Assembly (NCBI RefSeq): GCF_009914755.1
Contig: NC_060936.1
Strand: one strand, 5' to 3'
Source of the DNA: the human T2T-CHM13v2.0 reference genome, Homo sapiens
DNA: 64,000 nt
Shown here piece after piece: positions 53,900 through 64,000 of this stretch (positions within the stretch are counted from its first letter, which is position 1; each line of letters begins with the position of its first letter). Below the pieces are notes generated by a model. That model saw only the letters and a program-made list of their open reading frames with translations. It searched no databases and was not told the origin of the DNA. Both the position numbers and the translations under genes were made by a program.

Positions 53900-54497
53900 G
53901 AATATTAATTTTCTATTGCACTATAACTAATTAGCACAAGTTCAGTGGCTTAAAACAACACTCATTTATTAGTTCACAGTTCTGTAAGTTAGAAGTCCTG
54001 GGTTCAGCTGGGTTTTGTGCTTAGGGTCTCACAAGGCCAACGTCAAGATGTTGGCTGGGCTGGGTTCTTATTTAGAGAATCAGAGGATTAATTTACTTAT
54101 AAGTTCATTCAGGTTGTTGGCAGAACTTAGTTCCTTGTGTCTCTATGGCTGAGCCCCCCATTTCCCTGCTGGTTATGGCTGGGGTCCTGCTCTTTATGGG
54201 CCACCCACATTTTTTCTCATGTGGGCCCCTCTATCTTCAAGCCAGCAATGGTGCCTGGAATCTTTCTGACGTTTCAAATCTCTCTGACTTCTCTTTCCTT
54301 CCTCTTCTGCCTTTCAAAGATCTCACATGACTAGATCTGGCTTGCCTAAATAATATCTGTATTTTAAGGCCAGTTGACTTGGGACTTAATTAGATCTGCA
54401 AAGTCCCTCCATAACAGCAATCCCAAGACTAGTGTCTAATGGAATAAGCAGAGATGGGAGTCTTAGTGGGGCCATCTTTAGAATTCCTTCTATCTAT
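53900..54497 (-). mobile_element. MLT1E-like MaLR LTR
   Basis: cagtggcttaaaacaacactcatttattagttcacagttctgt...ggggccatctttagaattc. Confidence 0.75.
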
Positions 54498-54559
54498 CTT
54501 CCTGTACAGGGAGGATGAATTGTACATGCAAAATTTGGTCTAGGTGTGCACAGCTTAGG

Positions 54560-55040
54560 AAACAATCAAGAAAAATGAAGTCAACCTATGTAATAGAAAA
54601 AATATAATGGAAAATCATATCTAATAAAGGGTTACATATATATGCTTGTGTATATACGTATCTCCACAGTACATAAGGATTTCATACAACTCAATAACAA
54701 AATACCACAAATAACTTGATTAAAAAAAAAAGAAGCAGAGGAGTTGATAGACATTTTTCCCAAAAAATACATACAGATGGCCAACAGGTATATGAAAAGG
54801 TGCTCAACATCATAAATCATCAGAAAAATACAAATCAAAACCATAATGAGATATCACAGGACACATATTAGGATGGCTATTACAGAAAAGACAAGAGATA
54901 ACAAGTACTGGTGAAGGTGTCGAGAAAAGAGAACCCTTATACACTGTTGGTAGGAATGTCGATTGGTAGCCATTATAAAAAATAATATGATGTTTCCACC
55001 CAAAATTTTAGAAAGAGCTACCTTATGATCCAGCAATGCT
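54560..55040 (+). mobile_element. L1M ORF2 3' fragment
   Basis: acagatggccaacaggtatatgaaaaggtgctcaacatc...cttatacactgttggtaggaatgt. Confidence 0.8.
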
Positions 55041-55399
55041 GGGCTCACCTCCATGCTCTGTATCCATCCGTCTGTCTCACTCCTCCCTTTTGTTCAAGTC
55101 TATCAATTTGATGATGCCTTACTCTAGGTCTTCTTGATACTTCCACGGAAATATCTGTGGAATTTCTGAAGACATTAATAAGAACCAATGTAAGAATATA
55201 CTTGAAGGTATTATGTAACTACTAAGTAATACTATTGTTATAGAACAGCACAATTATTAAATAATTATGGCTAATGGAAAAGGTCTCAGACCATTTAAGC
55301 CTAATATTTTTCTAATTTTTAAAAATTGGAAATGTGAGTTCCAGAAATAACAGATTAATGGACACCTCAGTCACAGGCGAAATATTAGAAGGAATTATG

Positions 55400-56550
55400 A
55401 TACCCATGGTTTTTTTGGTCACTAAGGGTAGGAAATACGATCAATAGAAGCAATAAGAACAAGTCATTCCAAAGTAACCATAATTTTGATAGACTTTGTT
55501 AGCTTAGATTAGGGAAATGCTTTCAGCAAGGAACCAGACCAAAAAAAAATCTCATGGTAATTAGCATAGATGAGACTAAGAACTGTGAGTTGGATGATAA
55601 TAAAGTAGGTAAATTCATAGCTGAATGAATAACTGCCTCCAAAAATCTTGATTAAAATAGAGGTCAGTTTGAAGAGAAGAGTCCACAGACAAGCCACAAG
55701 CTTACCATCAGTGCTGCTCCATTTAATACTTTTAATCAATGACTTAAGTAAATATTCAAAAGGCATTCTTATCAAATTTGTAAATTAAAATAGCTAGAAA
55801 AGCTAATTAAGACGACGATGGGCAGAGTAAAAATCAAGAAATCCCAGGAAACATAAAGTTTCAAGCTGAAATCAAGAAACTGAAATGAAATACAGCCAAA
55901 TGTGAATGCTTTCACTCAGATTTATTTCACCATGGTGGCAACATAGCCTAACAAAAGTTCACATTAAAACAACAACAAGAATAGAGATTTATGTTGGCTG
56001 CATCTCCCATCTGAGCCACAGTCATGTGGTTGCAAAAAATATTTGTTCAGGGTAGATTACAGATCATTCCAGTGCCAAGCAAGTAAATGTTCTTTCATTC
56101 CCTGAACTTACCGAACTACAGTTTGAAAGTTATTTTAGATTCTGTATACCATGTTTTGAGGGGAGAAATAAATAATCTGAAGGCTAGGCAAGGCAATTTT
56201 ACCAGAAAGATAATGGTATGGAAACACAGGTATATATGGAACACACTTTAAAAAATAGAGCATTTGGTTTAGGAAAGACAATTAGAGAAACTATGTGATA
56301 GCTATGCCCCAAAACTTAATAGGCTTGCAGGTGGAAGAAGGGCAGGGCCCATCAGGTGTAAATTACAGGGAGCTTGATTTCAGCTAAGTAAGTATAGGGA
56401 AGAGCTTTCTAACCATTTGATTGGTCCAAAAATAGAATATGTTTCTTTGTGTAACAGTAAGATGCATCTTCCTGGAAGTTTTCAGGCAAATGCTGGATAA
56501 TTCCCTTTGCAGTGTGTTATATATGGGATTCCTATATTTTGTAGGAGGTT
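55400..56550 (+). mobile_element. L3/CR1 LINE remnant (~1.1 kb)
   Basis: Degenerate CR1 RT motifs (atttaatacttttaatcaatgactt ~ FNIFINDL; cttatcaaatttg ~ LIKF) and a 3' gaagagctttctaacc...cttcctggaagttttcaggca segment. Confidence 0.65.
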
Positions 56551-58419
56551 GAATTCAGAAAAGAAAAATAATGCTGATGTATGCTATTGTCCTTATAATC
56601 CTCTTTTCTCTCCGTAACTGGATATGCACGCACATCTACAGTAAGCATGGACAGTGTATGTGTGGACAGACAGTGTCACTGAAAAAGAACAGGTGGCTAG
56701 ACAAAAGACTTCACAAGTTGTGACAGATTGATGAAAATTTGTAAACAATGATTTCATATAGTGTGGGTACCTGAAATGCTGGGATGATAAAAAAAAGTGG
56801 TAGCATCACAAAAGGAATTGTTTGTTTCTAAAGGATGTTGGGTCAAGAGGGTTTTTTGTTAATAGATTATCTGTACTTTGCATGGGTATAGGAGTATACC
56901 CCAGTTATTACAGAATTCAAAACATGATGATGTAATCATGAAAGTCAGAGAGGGGTGGCTGATCCTGAGTCATGCCCACTGGTGGCTATTCTGCCTCTTT
57001 GATGCTAAAGTCAATTGCCCAAAAGGCTTAAGAATAAATCTTTCTGATTTTGCATTTATTTTTCAGATCTCATAGCATTTTAGAGTCACATTTAACATAA
57101 GAAAGATTTGCAAGGGATGTCACCTTTGGATATAGAACAGGATTATGGTCTTACTAATTCTCTTTTTCTTTAAATTTGCTTACAACTTCGAATATGTGAA
57201 ATAAACACTTTCATATCAATTTACATTTGAGGTTCACTAAAATTAAATCTATCATATTATTGATTGTAAAATATGACATCTATCATTTCTTAAACATAAA
57301 TGAAGACAAAAATATTTATTTTTTATCTTTTAAAAACTTCCATCTTCTGAAAAGTTTTCAATAGTAAGATGAATGCAAAGATAAGCAAAAAGAAACTGAA
57401 ATCAATTTCAAGGTCACTCAACTTAAAACAGTAACTTTTCAGCAATGTGGAGTTCACCAACTTAGAATCATAATCATTCCAAGGTTAAGGTTCAATTTTG
57501 CATTATCTGAGAAGGTTCGGTTAAAACTTCAGAGTGTTATTGAAGACATAAATCCATTTTAAAATATTTAGACTTTATTTGCACTGGGAATACAGTACTA
57601 ATTATAATAGAGATTTATGTCATTCATTACAATATTGATTTGTACTGTGTTGATATTGAAGGGGATAAGTAGCAGGAACTGATGAAATTTTGGAACTGGA
57701 AGAGAAAAATTAATTTTGAATAGTTTTTAGTCTTTGAAAACTGAGACCTGGAGAGGTCAAACCTCTGCTGTACCCCATGAACCTGGTTACTGGGGGAGCT
57801 AGATCTAAAAGCCAGGACTCCAGGTTCACCATCGAATGCTCTGTACATCACATGGAAGGGTAAATGAAATCCAAAGTACACTAAGTCAGGAAAAACTGCA
57901 CTACAATGAGTGCTTGGCGTATACAACGAACAACATGAAGCTCTTGAGGGAGAAGTAAATATACCAAAAAGCATAGTGCTTTTCTTCCAGAAATGGATCA
58001 TCTTAGCTCAGGAGACAAGCCTGCAAACCTAGAAATCAATACAAGATTTAAGTCACGGTTCAATATGTTCATACAGAAACTACATGACTAGTTTGCTCAT
58101 TGATGTATGTACCAGAAATGTTTCAAGAATACTGAACAAAGTTGGCGAGGTGTAAGAATGCTCTTTGGGGGAAAGGGACGTTGAACTGGATCTTGGAGAA
58201 TGGGTGGAATCATGGAAGATGACATCATAGGAAGATGAATCTGTATGAGTAAATATAAATCACATTCACATCTGTAAAGTATTCCCAAAATACACGAGTG
58301 TGTTATCATTTCTATTTGGTAAGAGTAATTTTTGTTTGGGAGAGCAATTACATGTTTATCATCTATCCTTGCTGAGTTCAGCGAGGGAAAAAGAAACAAA
58401 CTGGGAACTATTAGTTGCA

Positions 58420-59640
58420 TGCTTTACTCATTTTTTTTCTTACCCTTATGTCCTTTCTTTCCGCAAAGGAATTGAAGCAGCATGTGAAAAGCTAGATAAA
58501 GATTGTATAAAATTAATTACTAAGGGAAAATAATAAATGCAGGAGTAAATGTAAGACTACCCAACAGAAAAGCACAGTATACAAGGCCATTCATCAGAGT
58601 CACAGATCCAGCTAAAAAAGATGCTTATCCGTTAGGGAAAAACAGATCTATAATTCAGGAGAGGGCATTTGTCCTTGTGTTTGCATAGAGAAATCACCTG
58701 ATGATGGACTAGGTGATGGCCTTACCATCTCTAAACCTATAACTCTAATGAGTAATTCACATGAATATTTCTTATAATGCTTCTCAGCGCAGGACAAGAA
58801 CATTAGCTGGAGCACAGCCTGCTAAAAGCAATTTTATGAAGGATGCCAAACAGTGTGCCTTGCATGCCCCAGATCTCTGGTGATCTGGACATCTTGATAC
58901 AAGAGTAAAATTTATAACACCTACAAGAGGGGAGAACTACACATTCTTCAGTCTGTGCTCATTCATTCCTGCCACAAATTTAATTGAGCAGTTATTATGT
59001 GATGGTCACTAGGCAGATCGCAGTAAATTATATTCTATTGCAGGGATGAATAAAGCAAATGAGTAAGTGCTATATGATGAATGCTGTGAAAAAATCTAAA
59101 CCAGGAGGTGGTGTTGCTATTCTGGAATGAGTCTTTATAAAAGCACTTTTACATATGATAATACTTGAGTAGGGACATGAATGAAATGAGGAAGGAAGGT
59201 ATAGGGATATTTGGGATAAAAGTGAGCATAGAAAACAGCACAAAACCCTAAATAATGGTCTACTGAAATAATAGCAGGAAGACCAGTAGGCTAACCTCTT
59301 TATAAATCTTACGTCTCAAAACTGGGTTTTGATGAGAATTTCACAGAAGAGAGTTCCAAGGATGTAGTCTCTGGTGAGAACATGTACTGGAAATCTGCTC
59401 AGCTGCAAACTAAGGAACATGTCATGTTCTTGAATATCAGCCAGGTAGAGGGCAGGGTAAGAGTCCTTTTTGAAAATAAAAGAAGGCCAGGTGGGCCTGG
59501 AGACGCTCACAAAAGTGATAGATATTGGACAGAACCAATATCATCTGCAAAGAGCAGTTGTGTGTCTACTTCAATACACTGGCAAATGGGTGCAGGAGAC
59601 CCAGTGGTGTATACCACAGAGCACAGCTGACCTTATTTTA
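58420..59640 (-). mobile_element. Ancient non-LTR element (L4/RTE-X-like), interrupted by an L2 fragment at ~58960-59290
   Basis: 3'-end-like ttccgcaaaggaattgaagcagc. Minus strand 59557-59540 encodes LLFADD, an RT catalytic motif. Confidence 0.45.
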
Positions 59641-60630
59641 GTTAAGATATATTTTTAAAACACCCTCCTGCTTTAAAATCCCATACCACAGCCATGGAAA
59701 AGTCTCCTAAAATATCCATAGACTGTCCCAATTTCTTCCAGGATTAACTGACTACATATTATAGTCTTATGTAACTGACCTACTGCATAGAACCATTTAC
59801 TAGCTATGAGCTGATTGAATGCTGTGGGGCATCTGTCAAAAAGTTGAGTTCGATTTTAAAGTTATTATCTCTGGCAAAAAAAAAAATCATAGGATCTCTT
59901 GTCTATTTGGGGTACTTCTTACTATTATCAAAACTATGTAATTGTTTTAGAGAAGATGATTTATATTTTTAATCTCAGTAGCAGGGGACATGCATCTAGA
60001 ATATTGAAAAACAGCGTCAAATCATTTACATAAAAGTAAAAAAGGAGGAGAAGTAAACCACACGTGTAGGGGGCCATTAGAAATATTATCTCTTAGGAGG
60101 CCATCATCACAACCTTCCATGATCCTCTAAGAGGCATTAAGGTGCAAATTTTATAAGAATATAAAATTCGATCCATTTGAGTTGTGAGGTAACCAATTCC
60201 TAAGCAAAGCCTGAAGAAAGATTAATAAAAGCTGCAAGCAATCACAGCTTTTATTGTTCATGAAATACTTTTCCCCAAGATGATAGAGAATATATCAATA
60301 AAATGAATTATCCTGACCTAAAACTCACCTACTCTAGAGTGGGAAATATTTGTGTAAGAAATCTAGACTTATAATTTTTATCAAAAGCAAATGATCATGG
60401 TGATTAGTGTCAGTTAAGAGCCTCCAAATTAAAGCCATTATATGAAAATCTGTATTTACAGAAATCTTAATTTATACATTTTATAAATCATCACTTATAA
60501 AAATTGACAATAAATTAAGAAAATTGTGTGAAATTAAAAGGAAACAATTACCTGCTCATCAATAAAGCAGCAGAGCTTGAATACCCATATGCAAACTCTG
60601 GACCATATTTAATTAAACACTTTAGTAAGG

Positions 60631-60989
60631 TGTCTTGGTCTATTTGCACTGCTATAACAGAATATCACAGACAGGGTAATTTATAAAGAGGAGAAATTTA
60701 TTTCTCACCGTTCTGGAAACTAGCAAGTCCAAGATCAAAGCACTGGCAGGTTTGGTTGTCTAGTGAGGGCTGCATCCTCTGGAGGGGGAGAATACTGTGT
60801 CCTCACATGGCAGAGGAGCAGAAGAGCAACCTAACTGAACCCTGTGTGAAGGCTCTTTCATAAGGGCCTTCAATCGCATTCACAAGGGAGGAGCCCTCAT
60901 CACCTCATCACCTCTTAACAGCCCTACTTCTTAATACTATCCCATTGGCAACACCTGAATTTTGGAGGGGAGCCACTGAAACCATAGCA
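60631..60989 (-). mobile_element. MST-family (MSTC-like) solo LTR
   Basis: tgtcttggtctatttgcactgctataacag...tgtgtcctcacatggcag...aaaccatagca. AATAAA on minus at 60697-60702. Confidence 0.88.
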
Positions 60990-61020
60990 ATAAGCTATCA
61001 CCTTTCTGCTATGGTTTCAG

Positions 61021-61124
61021 TGTCTTTTCCTGAGATCTGTAGATTATTAACAACACTTCATCTAAATACTAAGATGTTTTCTCCTGAGATCTGTATATTA
61101 TTAATAACACTTTGTCTAAATACT
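61021..61124. repeat. 54-bp-period tandem duplication (2 copies)
   Basis: 61021-61070 versus 61075-61124, 6 mismatches in 50 bp. Confidence 0.9.
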
Positions 61125-61367
61125 TTGAATAGGCTTCAATACTTCATTGCTTTTCTTTAAGGCTAGTGATTTACTATGAATTTCCCCTGAAGTCAATTAA
61201 ACCAGGCTTTCTCAAGGGGCCAACAAATTCTCTCCCTCTGAATGTTCAGTAGAAAGAGATTTTAAGATTCAAGTGAGGCTGCAGGTAATTCTCCAGTTTT
61301 TCTACTGCATTTCTGCTATGCTATTTGGGAATATTGTTTGGTATTATACAAGTTATTCACAAGAGTT

Positions 61368-61765
61368 TCACCTGACCTTCAGCAGAGCATCTTCCAGGGG
61401 CAATACCGGTGTCCTCCAGGCCGGTTCCACAATGCTCTGGAAGATGGTTGGGACCCTAAGGCCGTAATCACACCACTGCAGGCTGTACTCCAAGGGTGCA
61501 AAGACACCTGCCAGGGACATGACTGGCCATGTATCAAGGATGGATAAATTTCATGCACAATTTATGAAACGTGAGGCATGTGCAACATCAGCAGAAAAGA
61601 AAGATCAGCTATTCTAATGCTGTATTTTTGTTGGAAGAAGCTACCTCTGTCTCCCACTGCTGGCTCAGAGGAACCTGGCCCAAGTCCTAGAAGTGACCAC
61701 TTTCTTGATGAAGATTTTCTTTTGTTGGTGCTGCAGGGAGCCATTATCCAGGTATTAATAATTGT
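61368..61765 (-). other. Candidate two-exon unit (61765-61645; 61507-61377 or read-through to stop at 61368) with a spliced short ORF
   Basis: GT-AG intron 61644-61508, compatible phase, no stop codons, and 56% GC in exon B. No homology recognised. Confidence 0.3.
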
Positions 61766-61924
61766 CTTTACAGCCAAAACATACAGACATTGGTTTCCTA
61801 GGCTATTAATTGAACCTCACAAATGCTGCTTGAGCCCCTGCTCAGTGCTGGGCACTGTCGTTGGCATGTAGGGGAGTGAAGGGTGGAGCCCTCTGAACAA
61901 CAGAGAGCATCTAACCTGGGCTTA

Positions 61925-62140
61925 CTATTTACAGTAAGCAATCATTTACTGAGCATCACTCTGCACAAAGCATGTGCCTACATTGTTACGTCAAGCTATT
62001 CGTTTAACTCTCACAAGATCTCATGAGCTGAGTATTACCATCCTGTTGCTATTACGCCCCTTTTCCCCGTGAGATGCTTTGGACTTGGGAAAGTGAAGTG
62101 GCATGTATGGTCACATGGCAGTCCTGACTCTGGGTGCAGT
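61925..62140 (-). mobile_element. MIR
   Basis: catttactgagcatcactctgcac...tttaactctcacaagatctcatgag. Confidence 0.6.
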
Positions 62141-62267
62141 GTCTGCATCCCCTGTACCCTTTCATTCTTAACAAACACTTTCTTCTCCCAGCACCTTCAC
62201 TGCACAGAATGCAGCTCATCAACGTCCATCTTGGCATCACCTGGAGCTTGTTACAAATAAAGGGTCT

Positions 62268-62824
62268 TCTCAAGGATCTAGAACCAGAAATACCATTTGA
62301 CCCAGCAATCCCATTACTGGGTATATACCCAAAGGATTATAAATCATTCTACTATAAAGACACATGCACACGTATGTTTATTGCAGCACTGTTCACAATA
62401 GCAAAGACTTGGAACCAACCAAAATGCCCATCAGTGATAGACTGGCTAAAGAAAATGTGGCACATATACACCATGGAACACTATGCAGCCATAAAAAACG
62501 ATGAGTTCATGTCCTCTGCAGGGACATGGATGAAGCTGGAAACCATCATTCCCAGCAAACTAACACAAGAACAGAAAACCAAACACCGCATGTTCTCACT
62601 TATCAGTGGGAGCTGAACAATGAGAACACATGGACACAGGGAGGGGAACATCACACACCAGGGCCTGTTGGGGGGTCGGGGGCAAGGGGAGGGAGAGCAT
62701 TAGGACAAATACCTAATGTAGATGACGGGTTGATGGATGAAGCAAACCACCATGGCACATGTTTACCTATGTAACAAACCTGCACGTTCTGCGCATATAT
62801 CCCAGAACATAATGGAAAAAAAAA
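62268..62824 (+). mobile_element. L1PA7-like 3' fragment
   Basis: ORF2 C-terminus ([24 protein letters not shown]...) plus 3'UTR. TSD AAATA(A/C)AGGGTCT at 62255-62267 and 62825-62837. Confidence 0.92.
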
Positions 62825-62872
62825 AAATACAGGGTCTCAGGCTTCACCCAGACTCACTGACAGACTCTGTAC

Positions 62873-63191
62873 TTTTATTTATTTATTTATTTATTTATTT
62901 ATTTTTGAGATGGAGTCTAGCTCTGTCGCTCATGCTGGGGTGTAGTGGCACCATCTCGGCTCAGTGCCAGCTCTGCCTCCTGGGTTCAAGTGATTTTCCT
63001 GCCTCAGCCTCCCAGGTAGCTGGGGTTACAGGTGCGTGCCACCATGCCTGGTTAATTTTTTTTTTCTATTTTTAGTAGAGACGGGGTTTCACCGTGTTAG
63101 CCAGGATGGTCTTGATCTCCTGACCTCGTGATCCGCCCGCCTTGGCCTCCCAAAGTGCTGGGATTACAGGCGTGAGTCACCATGCCCGGCC
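62873..63191 (-). mobile_element. Alu (AluSc8/Y-like) with (TTTA)n tail
   Basis: Full dimer. TSD CAGACTCT at 62861-62868 and 63192-63199. Confidence 0.93.
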
Positions 63192-63952
63192 CAGACTCTA
63201 ACAAGATCCCAGCAGGTTGTCTGCCTGCTGGATTTCAGTGGAACCACTCCATGAATGATCAAAGCAGCAGAGAGCAGCACCTGCTACAAAAGCCCCACCT
63301 CTCCCTTCTTTGCAGGAGGAAATTCTGTAGAGAGAAAGCTCATTTTGACCCATATATTTTTGTTCTTTAGTGCCCTCATTACAAGGTGATTGCATGTAGA
63401 AGGCAGTTTGCTCTCACAGACCTTGGAAAAAATTGTGTTTCCCATAAACAGACTTTAGATGTAATGATTCATTTTAGCAAACATTTATCATGTCTTCTGT
63501 GCCAGGCACAGTGTGAGGTGCAGGCCTTAGTGATTTCCCAAAGGAAGTGGCCAAACATGCTACTCCCTGCTTATTGGGATTCAGCCAATTCCTGGTCTTA
63601 AAGTTGTTTGTTTATAAGAAAATTGTATCTGCAGTTCCCTTAATGCTGCTCTCTTGTCAATTCATTCATTAGTTAACAGACATTTAAAGAATGTGTGCAA
63701 GACACTACAGAAGTCTTTTTTGTTTATACATAATCAGCTTTTACATTAAAGTATACCCTGAAGTAATTCTTCAATGAGCACATATTTTTAAAATGAAGTT
63801 TTTTGTTGTTATTGTTGTTTGAGTTCTGGCAATTTTATTATGAATTTTATGGCTAAGAGAGTTCTTCCAGTTTAAGTATTTTGAAACTTTTAACCAATTT
63901 CTTCCTTGAAAATCTGTCTCAAAGAAGAGTAAACTTAGAAATCAAATGATGA

Positions 63953-64000
63953 GGCCAGGCACGAAGGCTTACACCTGTAATCCCAGCACTTTGGCAGGCC
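63953..64000 (+). mobile_element. Alu 5' start, cut by the window edge
   Basis: ggccaggcacgaaggcttacacctgtaatcccagcactttgg. Confidence 0.85.

Larger units (their letters stand above)
62200..63248. mobile_element. MER5A-like hAT element split by L1PA7 and Alu
   Basis: ggcatcacctggagcttgttacaaat...[L1]...agggtctcaggcttcacccagac...[Alu]...taacaagatccc...gaaccact. Confidence 0.65.

Noticed and set aside
59414-59430. GGAACA-tgtca-TGTTCT palindrome as a steroid-receptor or p53 site
   Set aside because: The spacer is 5 bp (a GRE needs 3), and the p53-like half-sites overlap and mismatch.
62134-62616. 160-aa ORF
   Set aside because: Chance read-in from MER5-like sequence into the L1PA7 ORF2 C-terminus.

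Overview
AT-rich primate (very likely human) genomic DNA that looks intergenic or deep-intronic. I recognise no host protein-coding gene, RNA gene or CRISPR-like array, and most ORFs in the track are chance or repeat-derived. About half the window is transposable elements. These include a solo LTR12 (ERV9), an LTR41, a complete two-LTR MST MaLR provirus, and a full-length but dead L1PA4-like LINE-1 (22050-28261). There is also a 968-bp HERV-K LTR5_Hs solo LTR next to an MLT2A1 LTR with a 5'-truncated HERV-L pol, plus many Alu, L1, L2, CR1, MIR and DNA-transposon fossils. Four structures are not explained by simple repeat annotation: (1) a ~430-bp inverted duplication (15714-16144 / 16932-17359) of a composite sequence, ending 6 bp from a Tigger-family transposon; (2) a GC-rich minus-strand two-exon candidate at 61368-61765 with an in-phase spliced 79-aa ORF; (3) a co-oriented MLT2A1 -> LTR5_Hs cassette of early-embryo LTR families; (4) a HERV-L whose missing 5' half is joined almost exactly to the host MER2. 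I found no evidence for a clearly new biological system. Repeat subfamily calls come from recalled consensus features, not from a database search, and identities are hand estimates.
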